DNA from: a bacterium
Lineage (GTDB): Bacteria; Bacillota; Clostridia; Christensenellales; CAG-138
DNA: 64,000 bases
Direction of reading: 5' to 3'
NCBI GenBank assembly: GCA_022778545.1
Contig: JALFDW010000014.1
Coordinates: 81,822-145,821, forward strand
Below the pieces are notes generated by a model, which did not search any database, had not been told where the DNA came from, and saw only the letters and a program-made list of their open reading frames with translations. Position 1 is the stretch's first letter. Every line of letters begins with the position of its first letter. Position numbers and translations under genes: made by a program. Below, one piece after another: positions 37,723-47,103 of the stretch.

Positions 37723-39021
37723 TTATTCTTCGATCGTGACTTGAACGGTGTCGGTCTCCACAAACACCACCTGCAGTTCCGCCGGGACGTCCTCCCCGTC
37801 GATCTGCACGGCAAGCTTCACCTCATGCGTACCCGCTGCAAGGCTCGTTACGTCCGCATAGACCTTCACATCGCCGCGCGTGATCCCGTTGATCAGGCTG
37901 ACGCGCCCGTTCAGGGAAATATCCACGGTTTCCCGATCCAGCGAAGCCTTCTGCTTCCGCGTAAGGCCAACGATCTCGATGGGAAGCTCTGTCAGTGTAA
38001 GCGTGTCCATCTTTTCGCGGATCGTCACCTGCACGTTCACGGTGGAGCCGCCGATGACACGTACCCCTTCCGGCACAATAATGGGAAGATCCTGCTGCAC
38101 GCTCTCCGTAAGCCCCGCCACATCCAGCGGTTCCAGCGAGAGGGATTCCACCTCCGTGAGCGCCTCCGCGCTTCCCACGATGCGCACAAGGTTGTTTTCA
38201 ATCGAGGTGCCGTAGCCTGCGATCTCAAAGTTCTCGGGGATCGCATCCCTTCCTGCAATCGCCGCATCCACATCGATCGGCACGATTTTGCTTGGCAGGA
38301 TCTGAAGCTTTACCACAGCAGTGGCCATGCTGCCGAACAGGATCGACGCGCTGACCTCGTTGCCCTCCTGATCGTACAGCGTGAGCACCATGGATTCGTT
38401 CACGCTCTCCGTGCGGTCCGTAAGGTCGATCACCGCCACCGCTTTTGCGATCTGCATAAGGTCTGCCGCTGCGCCCTGCAGCTCCACAGTTGGGCTGCTA
38501 AGCTGCACATCTCCGGCCCAGTACCCCTCCGGCAGTTCGCCTTCTCTGCGTACCTCGACCGGTACAGAACGCGTCGCCAGGGTATCAACCTCGATCTCGA
38601 TCTGGCTCGGGGTGTAGCTTACCACCTGCCCCGTTGAGGATTTCACGCTGATCTTCAACGTATGCTTTCCTTTGGAACTGATGCTGCTCAAATTCACGGA
38701 AGCCGTGATATCGTCTGCAGAAAGGTCAGCATATGAAGTAAGCTCTGTTCTCACGCGAACGGAAATGTCCTCCAACAGCGCAGAGCGGTCTCCGCAGATG
38801 ATGAGCTTGCGCGTTGTAAGATCCGCTTCGCCCTCGATGTTCACCGGAACATTTTGAACGACCTTTACGCGCGTCGGATTCTGCGTCATCATCACATAGC
38901 CCCAAAGGAGCATCGCAAACACGAGCGAGATTACCTTGATGGCGATGTTCTTCGTGAAAAAGGTTTTTAAGCCCCGCTTGAGCATTTCCCAGAAGCGGCT
39001 TTCTTTTGCGTCATTTTTCAT
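37723..39021 (-). CDS. cdaR: YbbR-domain protein CdaR (regulator of diadenylate cyclase CdaA)
   Basis: An N-terminal TM segment followed by repeated YbbR-like modules. It overlaps the cdaA stop. Confidence 0.88.
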   Translation of the reverse strand: MKNDAKESRFWEMLKRGLKTFFTKNIAIKVISLVFAMLLWGYVMMTQNPTRVKVVQNVPVNIEGEADLTTRKLIICGDRSALLEDISVRVRTELTSYADLSADDITASVNLSSISSKGKHTLKISVKSSTGQVVSYTPSQIEIEVDTLATRSVPVEVRREGELPEGYWAGDVQLSSPTVELQGAAADLMQIAKAVAVIDLTDRTESVNESMVLTLYDQEGNEVSASILFGSMATAVVKLQILPSKIVPIDVDAAIAGRDAIPENFEIAGYGTSIENNLVRIVGSAEALTEVESLSLEPLDVAGLTESVQQDLPIIVPEGVRVIGGSTVNVQVTIREKMDTLTLTELPIEIVGLTRKQKASLDRETVDISLNGRVSLINGITRGDVKVYADVTSLAAGTHEVKLAVQIDGEDVPAELQVVFVETDTVQVTIEE

Positions 39022-39853
39022 GCTTCGCCCTCCGCTTGAAAATGTTCAGCGTACCTGCGCTTTCCTTGCCGACAAAAATGGATTCAAGAAGGTCACGAAG
39101 GGCCTTCTGATCAATATACCGCACAAGCTTTCCTTCACGCGCAAAGGAGATAACGCCGGTCTCCTCGGAAACCACAATCGTAATACTGTCCGAAATGGAG
39201 GAAACGCCAAGGGCAGCCCGGTGTCGCGTGCCGAGTTCGCGCGCAACTGCAATATCCTCAGCGAGCGGCAGGAAGCAGGCGGCCGCCGTGATCACGCCAT
39301 CCCGGATGATGACGGCGCCGTCGTGCAGCGGCGTATTCGGTTCGAATATGTTCTCAATCAGCGGTGCGGAAATCACGCCGTCGATCCGCGTGCCTGTTGC
39401 GATAATTTCGCCAAGCCCCGTGCGCTGTTCGATCACAATCAATGCGCCGACACGGCGTTTTGCAAGGCTCAGGATCGCCATCTGCATCTCGTTGACGATC
39501 TCGTTTTCTTCGGGCTTAAAGCCCTGCAGCAGCCCACTGTTGAAGATCTTGCCCCGGCCGATGTGTTCAAGCGCCCGGCGCAGCTCCGGCTGGAACAGCA
39601 CCACGAGCACCACGATACCGGAGGCAAGCACCGAATTAAGCATCCAGCTGAGCGTTTGCAGTTGGAGCAGATCGCTTATGAGTGCGGCCAGAAAAAGGAA
39701 CGCGATCCCTTTGAGCAGTTGAAAAGCTCTCGTTTCCTTTGTGAGAATAATCAGCTTATACAGGAAGAAGGCGATGATGGCGATGTCGACAAAGTCCTCC
39801 GGCCGGACTTGCGCGAAGCCACTCGTGATTGCCTTTAGCACATCAAAAGACAA
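39011..39853 (-). CDS. cdaA: Diadenylate cyclase CdaA
   Basis: Three N-terminal TM segments and a DAC domain (GALIVIE...PLHDGAVII...GTRHRAALGVSSISDSITIVVSEETGVIS). TTG start with a GGAGAGG RBS. Confidence 0.93.
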   Translation of the reverse strand: MSFDVLKAITSGFAQVRPEDFVDIAIIAFFLYKLIILTKETRAFQLLKGIAFLFLAALISDLLQLQTLSWMLNSVLASGIVVLVVLFQPELRRALEHIGRGKIFNSGLLQGFKPEENEIVNEMQMAILSLAKRRVGALIVIEQRTGLGEIIATGTRIDGVISAPLIENIFEPNTPLHDGAVIIRDGVITAAACFLPLAEDIAVARELGTRHRAALGVSSISDSITIVVSEETGVISFAREGKLVRYIDQKALRDLLESIFVGKESAGTLNIFKRRAKHEK

Positions 39854-39951
39854 AGCGCTTTTCCTCTCCTTTCGGTTTTCTACACACCAAGCATATTATA
39901 CAATAAATGTCCGTGAAAAAGGAACCGGTATATGCACAGTTTACCGATTTT

Positions 39952-40215
39952 TCATTTATGCGAGCGAGGCTGCTCCTCGCTGCTACCTTGCGTTTCCTCG
40001 ATCTGCCGCAAAACGCCCTCCAAAGTCTCGATATCCATGCGGAGGTTTTCGTATTCGATGCTCATTTCACACAGCCCGGGATCATTCAGCCGGCCTGTAC
40101 GTTCAAACTGACGGCCGCCTTCGATCGCGAGTTCATCCTCCATCAGCATTGCCTTGCGCTTGAGCGTATCCAGCAATTCTGGCGTAACCGCCTGTTCTTT
40201 ATAGGAATGCTGCAT
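39952..40215 (-). CDS. Hypothetical small acidic protein (87 aa)
   Basis: AAAGGAGG RBS 7 nt before the ATG. No recognisable motif. Confidence 0.5.
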   Translation of the reverse strand: MQHSYKEQAVTPELLDTLKRKAMLMEDELAIEGGRQFERTGRLNDPGLCEMSIEYENLRMDIETLEGVLRQIEETQGSSEEQPRSHK

Positions 40216-40476
40216 GTATCCGGCCTCCTTTCACGCAATGCGAAATCGCAGCAATCATGCCATGCCTTTCGTATTTTGTTTCATTGTAGCATATCCGCCG
40301 CCCTTATGGAACAGGGTTTTGGGGTTGCAGACACTGAATTTCTTGCGATATGTCTGAAAAAATGATACCATCATCCGGTAAAGTTGCGCACAGCTCACCC
40401 CGCGCGCATGCGCTTGCCTGCTGTTTTCACCGCACTTTATTCATTCACCAGTCATCAGGAGGGATATTTGCTGCAT

Positions 40477-40701
40477 ATGCCGCTGATCATCGACCGTTTT
40501 GAGGGAAATTATGCCGTATGTGAAGACGACGGAGCGCCAGCGTTGTTGCCGCGCGCTTCCCTGCCCCCTTCCGCCGCCGAAGGAGATGTGCTTATCCCCA
40601 CGGAAGAAGGCGGATTCATCATAGATGCCTTCCACACTGCGATGCGAAAAAACGAAGCGCAGCAGAGCCTCCTTGCGCTTCTTTCCGCAGAAAAAGAATA
40701 G
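40477..40701 (+). CDS. DUF3006-like small protein
   Basis: MPLIIDRFEGNYAVCEDDG...GDVL pattern. The ATG at 40477 follows an AGGAGGG RBS. Confidence 0.6.
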   Translation: MPLIIDRFEGNYAVCEDDGAPALLPRASLPPSAAEGDVLIPTEEGGFIIDAFHTAMRKNEAQQSLLALLSAEKE

Positions 40702-40708
40702 GTTCTGT

Positions 40709-40861
40709 TCAAAGCAGCGCAAACAGGAGTGAACCGCCTGAAAGCAGGCAGAGCGCCGCCGCGCCGAGCGTATCACTGAGACGCCCCCTCCGAATACAGT
40801 ATACAAGATAGACCGCACAGTAGCCGATCCCTGCGGTGCTCAAAAGAATCACAGCCGTCAA
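40709..40861 (-). CDS. Candidate 50-aa two-TM mini-protein at the end of the gerA-type operon
   Basis: TTG start 9 nt after GGAGGTG. Hand translation: (M)TAVILLSTAGIGYCAVYLVYCIRRGRLSDTLGAAALCLLSGGSLLFALL. There is no support beyond the RBS and hydrophobicity. Confidence 0.3.
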   Translation of the reverse strand: MTAVILLSTAGIGYCAVYLVYCIRRGRLSDTLGAAALCLLSGGSLLFALL

Positions 40862-40905
40862 TTTCCGTTGCACCTCCTTTTTATTTCACCTTATCTCGCC
40901 GTGTT

Positions 40906-42138
40906 TTATTCCAAGTGGGAAGATACCGCTCGGTCATTAAGCCCCACAGTCACGGAGAATTTCGCCGTCATATGCCGGTATTTTTCCTTCCATGCGTAGT
41001 CTCGCCAAGCATCTGCGCTTGAAAATTGTTTCCTGGCATAGCAGCCAAAGCGCATTGCGTCGGAATCGAGCATCTGGCATAATGCGAAAACGCGGTCAAG
41101 CTCCTGTTCGATGTACTGTTCCAGCTGGCCTTTGAGCTCACCTTCCCATCGCTTCTCCGCATTTCCGCTCGTATCAAGTTCGATTTCGGCATGCAATTGA
41201 AACTCCATTGCAGCATGCGGCGCATCTCCGAGCTCCATTCGCACATGCGGTGCACCGTTCCTTTTCAGCAGGAATACGACCGTCCCCTTTTCATCGTTTA
41301 TGCGCAGATAACCGTTTTCAAATTGCCCCATTCCAAGCAAAAGCATCTCGGTATCCTCATCATCCAACAGTCCGGCAAGCCGGCTGCCGTTGAACAGCGC
41401 GCTTCCATGGATATAAGAACGCAGCCCGCCTTCGCGCTTTACGCCATCGGTCGTCTCCTTGTCGTTTGTTTCCGCTTCTCCCTGCTTTTGCCCGCTTTTT
41501 CCGCTATCCTTCTCTCCGTCCGGCTCGGCAGAGATGCTCCGGTCCAACCGGCCGACGGGGAGCGCCACATCAAAACACCCGCTCGCTATGGCTTCCTGAT
41601 ATGTTGCATAGTTCGTGATCGGGATAATGCCTTCCCGCTCATACATCTGGAAATAGCTGTATTGCCGCTTTGCAACGTTCGGGATATTCATGGAGGAGAA
41701 GCCATCGAGATAATCCCGGCAAACCCCGCGGACGATCACAAGCTTGGCCGACTGGCGGATTTTCAGCGCGCTGAACGAAATGCTGAGGAACTCGTCCATC
41801 AGCGCGGAAGAGGCGATCTGATCGGAAAACGCAATGAAGTTCATGCGCGTAAAGTTTAATTCATAGGGCACGCCGGCATGCGCAACCATCATCGCATCGA
41901 ACAGGTTGTCCCCCTCTGCGGTAATGATCTCCGCTCCCGCCCCTGTCTGCGCTTCCTGAGAATCTCCCTCCTTTTGGAGGAGGAATGATATGTTGAATTC
42001 CTTCTGCTCCCCCTGATCTACACCGATCGTGAGGACATAGCCATACTCATCCAGCGAAACACCCTGCAGGCACCCGGCACAGGGCAGCAAAAATGCCAGC
42101 ACAAGCAATACGCAGGCTGCGGTATTATGCTTTTTCAT
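40906..42138 (-). CDS. Ger(x)C-family spore germination lipoprotein
   Basis: Lipobox LLPCAGC. It is the third gene of an A-B-C germinant-receptor operon and overlaps the B-gene stop. Confidence 0.88.
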   Translation of the reverse strand: MKKHNTAACVLLVLAFLLPCAGCLQGVSLDEYGYVLTIGVDQGEQKEFNISFLLQKEGDSQEAQTGAGAEIITAEGDNLFDAMMVAHAGVPYELNFTRMNFIAFSDQIASSALMDEFLSISFSALKIRQSAKLVIVRGVCRDYLDGFSSMNIPNVAKRQYSYFQMYEREGIIPITNYATYQEAIASGCFDVALPVGRLDRSISAEPDGEKDSGKSGQKQGEAETNDKETTDGVKREGGLRSYIHGSALFNGSRLAGLLDDEDTEMLLLGMGQFENGYLRINDEKGTVVFLLKRNGAPHVRMELGDAPHAAMEFQLHAEIELDTSGNAEKRWEGELKGQLEQYIEQELDRVFALCQMLDSDAMRFGCYARKQFSSADAWRDYAWKEKYRHMTAKFSVTVGLNDRAVSSHLE

Positions 42139-43243
42139 CTGCCTTCCCCTTTCTGATGCGCGTTTTGACGAGCGATACTACAGCCGCGGCCGTAAACGGC
42201 ACGGCGAGGAACCATGTGCCATACCGCTGCACAAGCGCAAAGGCATCAGTCAGCACGCGATACTGCCCCGTATGCTCCGCCGCGATGCAGCAAAGAAGCG
42301 CCACGCCCCCGGCGATGACCGCCGGGCGCACATCGTACCTGCTCCAACGGCGGCAGAACAGAAATGCGCTGCCATAAAGATAGTACGCCCCCGCAATGAT
42401 CGCGCCGATCAGCCATGTAAAGAGCGCAAGCTTATCCTCACGGAAGAAATAGCTTTCCTGCATCAGCTTCAGATTAAGCCGGTAAAGCGGCACGAACATG
42501 TTCTGCAGTTCCGCGTAGGTATACGTCATGCCAATGGCAAGCTGCACAAGCGCCGCAAGCACGATGCCCACAAGCGCGCCAATCAGCCCTGCCTGTTTCG
42601 CGCTGCGGACGCCCTGAAGCCCCTGCGCCATGCAAAGAAGCGCGAGCAGCGCAGGCGCCGTCGCGAACATGCCCGAAAACGCATCCGCAGCGATGGACTG
42701 CCAATGATCGACCGGCAACGGAAAGAGCCGATAGCTCTCATATGCCTGAATGGGAAGCAGAAGCTCAACCAACAGCACCACGCCAAGGAGCACCCCGAAG
42801 CATTTTGCCAGCCGGCCGATGCATTCAAGCCCGCGGAACGCGATATACACCACAGTGGGAACGATCCACAACAGCACCGGAAACGGCGTGACTTTCGTAT
42901 AAACCAACGCATGCACCATCGCCGAAAAGCGTGACAGCAGGCAATACGCATCGATGAACAGGAATGCGCACAGCAACGCCGCAAACACATTTCCCGCAAA
43001 CTTTCCGAACGCAAAATCCAGAAGGGCCGTAAGATCTTTCTGCCCAGAGACGCGCAGCGCGCCCGCAAGGAGCAGGAACAGCATAAGCGAAAGAAAGATC
43101 GCGCCCGGGAAAGCTACATAGGTGCCGTTCCCATACCGATATTCCTCTGCAATATCCAGCACAAAAAGCGCGCCGGATATTAGAGCAATCCCTGCGATAT
43201 TTGCTCCTTCCTGCTTCCCGATCCTTCCCTCGAAAAGGTTCAT
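42125..43243 (-). CDS. Spore germination protein, GerAB-type (APC-like permease subunit)
   Basis: About 10 TM segments. The start at 43243 (MNLFEGRIG) overlaps the A-gene stop as ATGA. Confidence 0.85.
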   Translation of the reverse strand: MNLFEGRIGKQEGANIAGIALISGALFVLDIAEEYRYGNGTYVAFPGAIFLSLMLFLLLAGALRVSGQKDLTALLDFAFGKFAGNVFAALLCAFLFIDAYCLLSRFSAMVHALVYTKVTPFPVLLWIVPTVVYIAFRGLECIGRLAKCFGVLLGVVLLVELLLPIQAYESYRLFPLPVDHWQSIAADAFSGMFATAPALLALLCMAQGLQGVRSAKQAGLIGALVGIVLAALVQLAIGMTYTYAELQNMFVPLYRLNLKLMQESYFFREDKLALFTWLIGAIIAGAYYLYGSAFLFCRRWSRYDVRPAVIAGGVALLCCIAAEHTGQYRVLTDAFALVQRYGTWFLAVPFTAAAVVSLVKTRIRKGKADEKA

Positions 43244-44871
43244 AGCTCTTCCTCCCGCGTATTCAGCATATCCTCCGTCTGCCTGTGCATCCGGATGCGC
43301 CCGCGCAGGATCATCGGCTCTTTGGAATGGGCCGTTGGCGAAAACGGCGCAAGGAACGGAACACCGTAGGATTTCAGCGAAGCCATCCAGGCCACGAGCA
43401 CGACCGTAAGGCAGCACATGCCGAGAAGCCCGCCCACCCATGAGGCAATGGTAAGCGCGATACGAAAAACTGCCGCTGCCAGCTGCGTGGAATAATCCGG
43501 GATGCAGAAGTTTCCAAGCCCGGTGAGCGCCACAACGATCAGCACCACAGAGCTTGCAAGGTTTGCCGCCACCGCAGCCTGCCCAAGGATCAATCCTCCG
43601 ATGATGCCGATGGCCTGGCCGATGTTGCCCGGTACGCGCATACCGGCCTCCCGGATCAGCTGGAACACGAGAAGCAGAAAGACCATCTCCGCGCCGATCG
43701 GAGCAAAGACCATTTTCCGGGAAGCGACAACTGTTGTGAGCACCTCCGTTGAAAGCAGCCCCTGATGATAGAGCGCAAGCGCGAGAAAATATGCCGGCAG
43801 CAGAATGGAAATCAGCGCGCCTATATACCGGACGATGCGGATGGTCGTCCCCTGCGGGCGGCGCATATAGACATCCTCCGGGCTCGTCATGAGTGTAAAA
43901 AGCGTCGCCGGCATCACGCTTGCAAAAGGGCTTCCATCCAGGAGCACGATCACATGCCCCTGCATCAAGAGCGCGGCGGCTCGGTCCGGCCGTTCGGTCT
44001 GCAGCACCTGCGGGAATGGCGACAGGGAATGTTTTTCCGACAATTGTTCGAGCATGCCCATGCCGATCACGGTGCGGGTATGGATCCGCGCGAGCCTGCG
44101 CTTGACCTCTTCTACAAGCGTGATGTTCGTGACGCCCTCCCGGTATGCCAACGCGAGCCGAATGCCGTTTTCACCGCCCGCGCCGCGTATCTCGCACACA
44201 AGGTCCTCCGTATGCAAAATGCGGCGCAGCAGCGTGATGTTCGTGCGCAGGTTTTCAACAAACGCTTCCTGCGGGCCGCGCACGACCTTCTCCGCCTGCG
44301 GTTCCGTGACATTGCGGTGCTCAAACCCGCGTGTATCCATGAGGATCGCCTGCTCCGAGCCTTCGATGAACACCGCCGTCCGCCCTTCCATGACAGCCCG
44401 TTTCACTTCATCCCACGCTTCATCCGTTTCCGCTTCCCCCATCGTAAACACGTTTTCTATCGCATACTGCGCAAGCGGCTCTTCCGCCTGTTCCATGCAG
44501 CCGGGGCGCATGCCGTCACGCAGGATAAAATCGCTGACCTGCTCCGCATCCGCCATACCATTGAGATATGCAAGAAACGCCGGGGTCTTTCCGCCCATCA
44601 TAAACCTGCGGAGGATCAGATCCGGGTTGATGTCCGCCCGGAACACGCTCTTGAGGCGTACCTCGTTTTCCGCAAGTGACCCGCTGACTTTTTCAGCGCT
44701 TTCCCGTTCCGGCAGCACGGCTTCTTCCCGCTCCACAGCAAGAAAGCCTGGGACGCCGCGCTCCGTTTCCAGCAATTCAAACTCGCCATCCTGCCTGTCA
44801 AACCTGAAAAAACGTAGGATCCGTTCCAGCATCTTTTCCATCCTTCCCGGCCGCCCATTTTTTCTCATCAC
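43240..44871 (-). CDS. Spore germination protein, GerAA-type
   Basis: A conserved GerA core (VFIEGSEQAILMDTRGFEHRNVTEPQAEKVVRGPQEAFVENL) plus C-terminal TM segments. The exact start is uncertain (44871, 44868 or 44832). Confidence 0.9.
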   Translation of the reverse strand: MMRKNGRPGRMEKMLERILRFFRFDRQDGEFELLETERGVPGFLAVEREEAVLPERESAEKVSGSLAENEVRLKSVFRADINPDLILRRFMMGGKTPAFLAYLNGMADAEQVSDFILRDGMRPGCMEQAEEPLAQYAIENVFTMGEAETDEAWDEVKRAVMEGRTAVFIEGSEQAILMDTRGFEHRNVTEPQAEKVVRGPQEAFVENLRTNITLLRRILHTEDLVCEIRGAGGENGIRLALAYREGVTNITLVEEVKRRLARIHTRTVIGMGMLEQLSEKHSLSPFPQVLQTERPDRAAALLMQGHVIVLLDGSPFASVMPATLFTLMTSPEDVYMRRPQGTTIRIVRYIGALISILLPAYFLALALYHQGLLSTEVLTTVVASRKMVFAPIGAEMVFLLLVFQLIREAGMRVPGNIGQAIGIIGGLILGQAAVAANLASSVVLIVVALTGLGNFCIPDYSTQLAAAVFRIALTIASWVGGLLGMCCLTVVLVAWMASLKSYGVPFLAPFSPTAHSKEPMILRGRIRMHRQTEDMLNTREEEL

Positions 44872-45040
44872 GGGTTCGGCCTCTGCAGCATACCGGAAGC
44901 AAAACCGTTCCCATGCCGCTCAAGGTTTAAGGTTTACAGTTTGACCTCAAATATACCGCTTTTTCCCACGCCGGGCCGCGCATATGCGGGAAGGAACAGC
45001 AAACCCTACAAAGAAGCGTGAGTTCAGAGGAGGTGGAACC

Positions 45041-45223
45041 ATGAAAGAGGAACGGGAAAAGGCTAAAAGCGAAATGACGGAAGGCACATTTTGGCTGCGC
45101 CAGACGACTGCATCCGCAACGGAATGTACCGGGCTTGTGCCCTCCGCTGTGCTGGATGACGAGGAATCCCTCGCCTATGGCGCACTGTATGCGATCCATC
45201 CCCCGCAGGCACGTCAGGACTGA
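45041..45223 (+). CDS. Hypothetical 60-aa protein
   Basis: The ATG is 6 nt after AGAGGAGGTGG. No recognisable motif. Confidence 0.4.
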   Translation: MKEEREKAKSEMTEGTFWLRQTTASATECTGLVPSAVLDDEESLAYGALYAIHPPQARQD

Positions 45224-45305
45224 TGAAAGCAGAATGCCCCACGGCTTTTCGCCGAGGGGCATTCCCATGCAGCAGGATTAAAAGATCCTCATCCTCATAT
45301 TCCGT

Positions 45306-46469
45306 TTAACCGCGCCCAGCCTTATACGCTTCGTATACGCAGGCCTGGTGCCGCGGGCACTCCTTGCTGTTTTCATGGACGAGCGAACCATACAGATGGA
45401 TGCAGAAATGCCCGTCAAACCCGTTGGAAGGCGTGGGGTTGGCCATGTGCGGCATGGTGTGCATGCTCGCTGCGACCGTCTTGCCGTTATAGGTCACCCA
45501 GATCGGGCGGCGGTTCCATGAAAACCCTTCCAGGCTCTTCATGATGCTCGTGTCATACGTCGTGATCGGCTCGCAGTCCGCGTGATACCAGCCGCCGAAC
45601 CGCCGGGCGCGGAAGCTCTTGCCGGTGCGCACGTCTGTCACGGTAAATTTTGCGCCTTTGTTCAGCCAGTCCGAACCGCCCTTGAACCAGTTGAGCAAAA
45701 CGACCGTGCCTTTCAGCTTATAGAAATCCGCGTTTGCTTTTTCGATTTTATTGTTGTTGTCGTAAATGGAGTTGAGCGTTTCCGCCCCCGCGATACCATC
45801 TGCCGAAAGGCCACAGGCCTGCTGGAACTCAAGAACGGCCTTGCGCGTCTCCGAGGAAAAAACGCTCGTGATGTTGGCTTTGCTCAAAAAGCCGCGGTTA
45901 TACAAGGCTTTTTGCAGTCGCTCCACCTCTTCCCCCTCCATGCCCTGCTTCAGCATGCCGATGGACGCGGTGCTTGAAGAGCTGATCTCCAGATAGGAAC
46001 GATGCACATACCCGGTCTCATCGTTTGCAACAGCATAGAACCACTCGCCGCCGATGAGTGCCTTGACCCGGAGGCCCTGCCCCGCGGAAAGCTGCGCCAC
46101 AACATAGGAATTCGCAGAGGGGCCGCCGCGCAGGGTCGCACCGTCGCTCTTCACATATGCGCCGCGGCTGCCTGTGGAGTTCACAAAAAGATAATCCTGC
46201 CGGATATAGCCAACCGTACCGTTATGCAAAACGCGATACCAGGTGCCGTCCTTGCCCAACACTTCCACAGCCGTTCCGCCCGGCACTTCCGCAAGAATCG
46301 CGGAATCCGTGTTCGGGCTTTCGCGCAGGTTCACCTTGTCCGCAGTGACCTGGCCCATTTCCGCTCCTTCGGTTTCAGTTTCAGCCTGCGCCGCAAGGCG
46401 GCCTGCCGGCACTGCCAGGAGGGCAAGCATCAGGGCGATTGCTCTCAATATGGCTCTTTTGGGTTTCAT
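45306..46469 (-). CDS. Secreted protein: two SH3b domains, a PG_binding_1-like domain and an uncharacterised Cys/His-containing C-terminal domain
   Basis: Signal peptide, two WYRV/GYV SH3b patterns, and LQKALYNRGFL...TRKAVLEFQQACGLSADGIAG (peptidoglycan-binding). The C-terminal domain is shared with 50780-51595. The start at 46469 has an AAGGAGG RBS. Confidence 0.8.
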   Translation of the reverse strand: MKPKRAILRAIALMLALLAVPAGRLAAQAETETEGAEMGQVTADKVNLRESPNTDSAILAEVPGGTAVEVLGKDGTWYRVLHNGTVGYIRQDYLFVNSTGSRGAYVKSDGATLRGGPSANSYVVAQLSAGQGLRVKALIGGEWFYAVANDETGYVHRSYLEISSSSTASIGMLKQGMEGEEVERLQKALYNRGFLSKANITSVFSSETRKAVLEFQQACGLSADGIAGAETLNSIYDNNNKIEKANADFYKLKGTVVLLNWFKGGSDWLNKGAKFTVTDVRTGKSFRARRFGGWYHADCEPITTYDTSIMKSLEGFSWNRRPIWVTYNGKTVAASMHTMPHMANPTPSNGFDGHFCIHLYGSLVHENSKECPRHQACVYEAYKAGRG

Positions 46470-46471
46470 AT

Positions 46472-47092
46472 TCAAGCCTCCTTCATTTCGCGCAATATGC
46501 TGCCAAGGCATTTTGCGTCCTCTTCCAACGCGGGCAGCAGCGCTTTGTTGTAAATCACGCTCGCAGGGTGGTACAGCGGGAACACGTTTAGCGGCATGCC
46601 GCCAAGCTCAAACGTCTGCATGCAGCCATGTACATCCCCGATCAAAAGCGGCCTTTGGCCCGTGATCAGACACAGCGCGCGAAGCGGCGTATTCCCGAGT
46701 GTAGCGACGACCGCCGGGCGCACGAGCGCAAGTTCGCGTCTAAGCGCCGGGAGGCCGCCCCGCAATTCGGCCGGAGACGGCGTGCGGTTGGACACACTGC
46801 GCGGCTTCACATGCGTCGGCCGGAATTTGACCGCGTTCGTCACAAACACATCCTCCCGCACGATGCCTGCAAGCGCCAGCAATCCATCCAGGTTTTTGCC
46901 TGCCTTCCCCACAAACGGGTGGCCCTGCCGCGTTTCTTCCGCGCCGGGCGCTTCGCCGATGAGCATCAACTGCGGAGAAAGCGGTCCTTCCCCGAAAACA
47001 GGTCTCTCAAATTCCCCTGTGCTGCCATCGTGCGCCGCCGCAGCAAGGCGCGCGCGTTCCTCCGTATACACTTCCAAAAGCAGCTCGTTCAT
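46472..47092 (-). CDS. Uracil-DNA glycosylase, family 4
   Basis: LMLIGEAPGAEETRQGHPFVGKAGKNLD...HPAS. Confidence 0.88.
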   Translation of the reverse strand: MNELLLEVYTEERARLAAAAHDGSTGEFERPVFGEGPLSPQLMLIGEAPGAEETRQGHPFVGKAGKNLDGLLALAGIVREDVFVTNAVKFRPTHVKPRSVSNRTPSPAELRGGLPALRRELALVRPAVVATLGNTPLRALCLITGQRPLLIGDVHGCMQTFELGGMPLNVFPLYHPASVIYNKALLPALEEDAKCLGSILREMKEA

Positions 47093-47103
47093 GCGCCCCT
47101 CCT

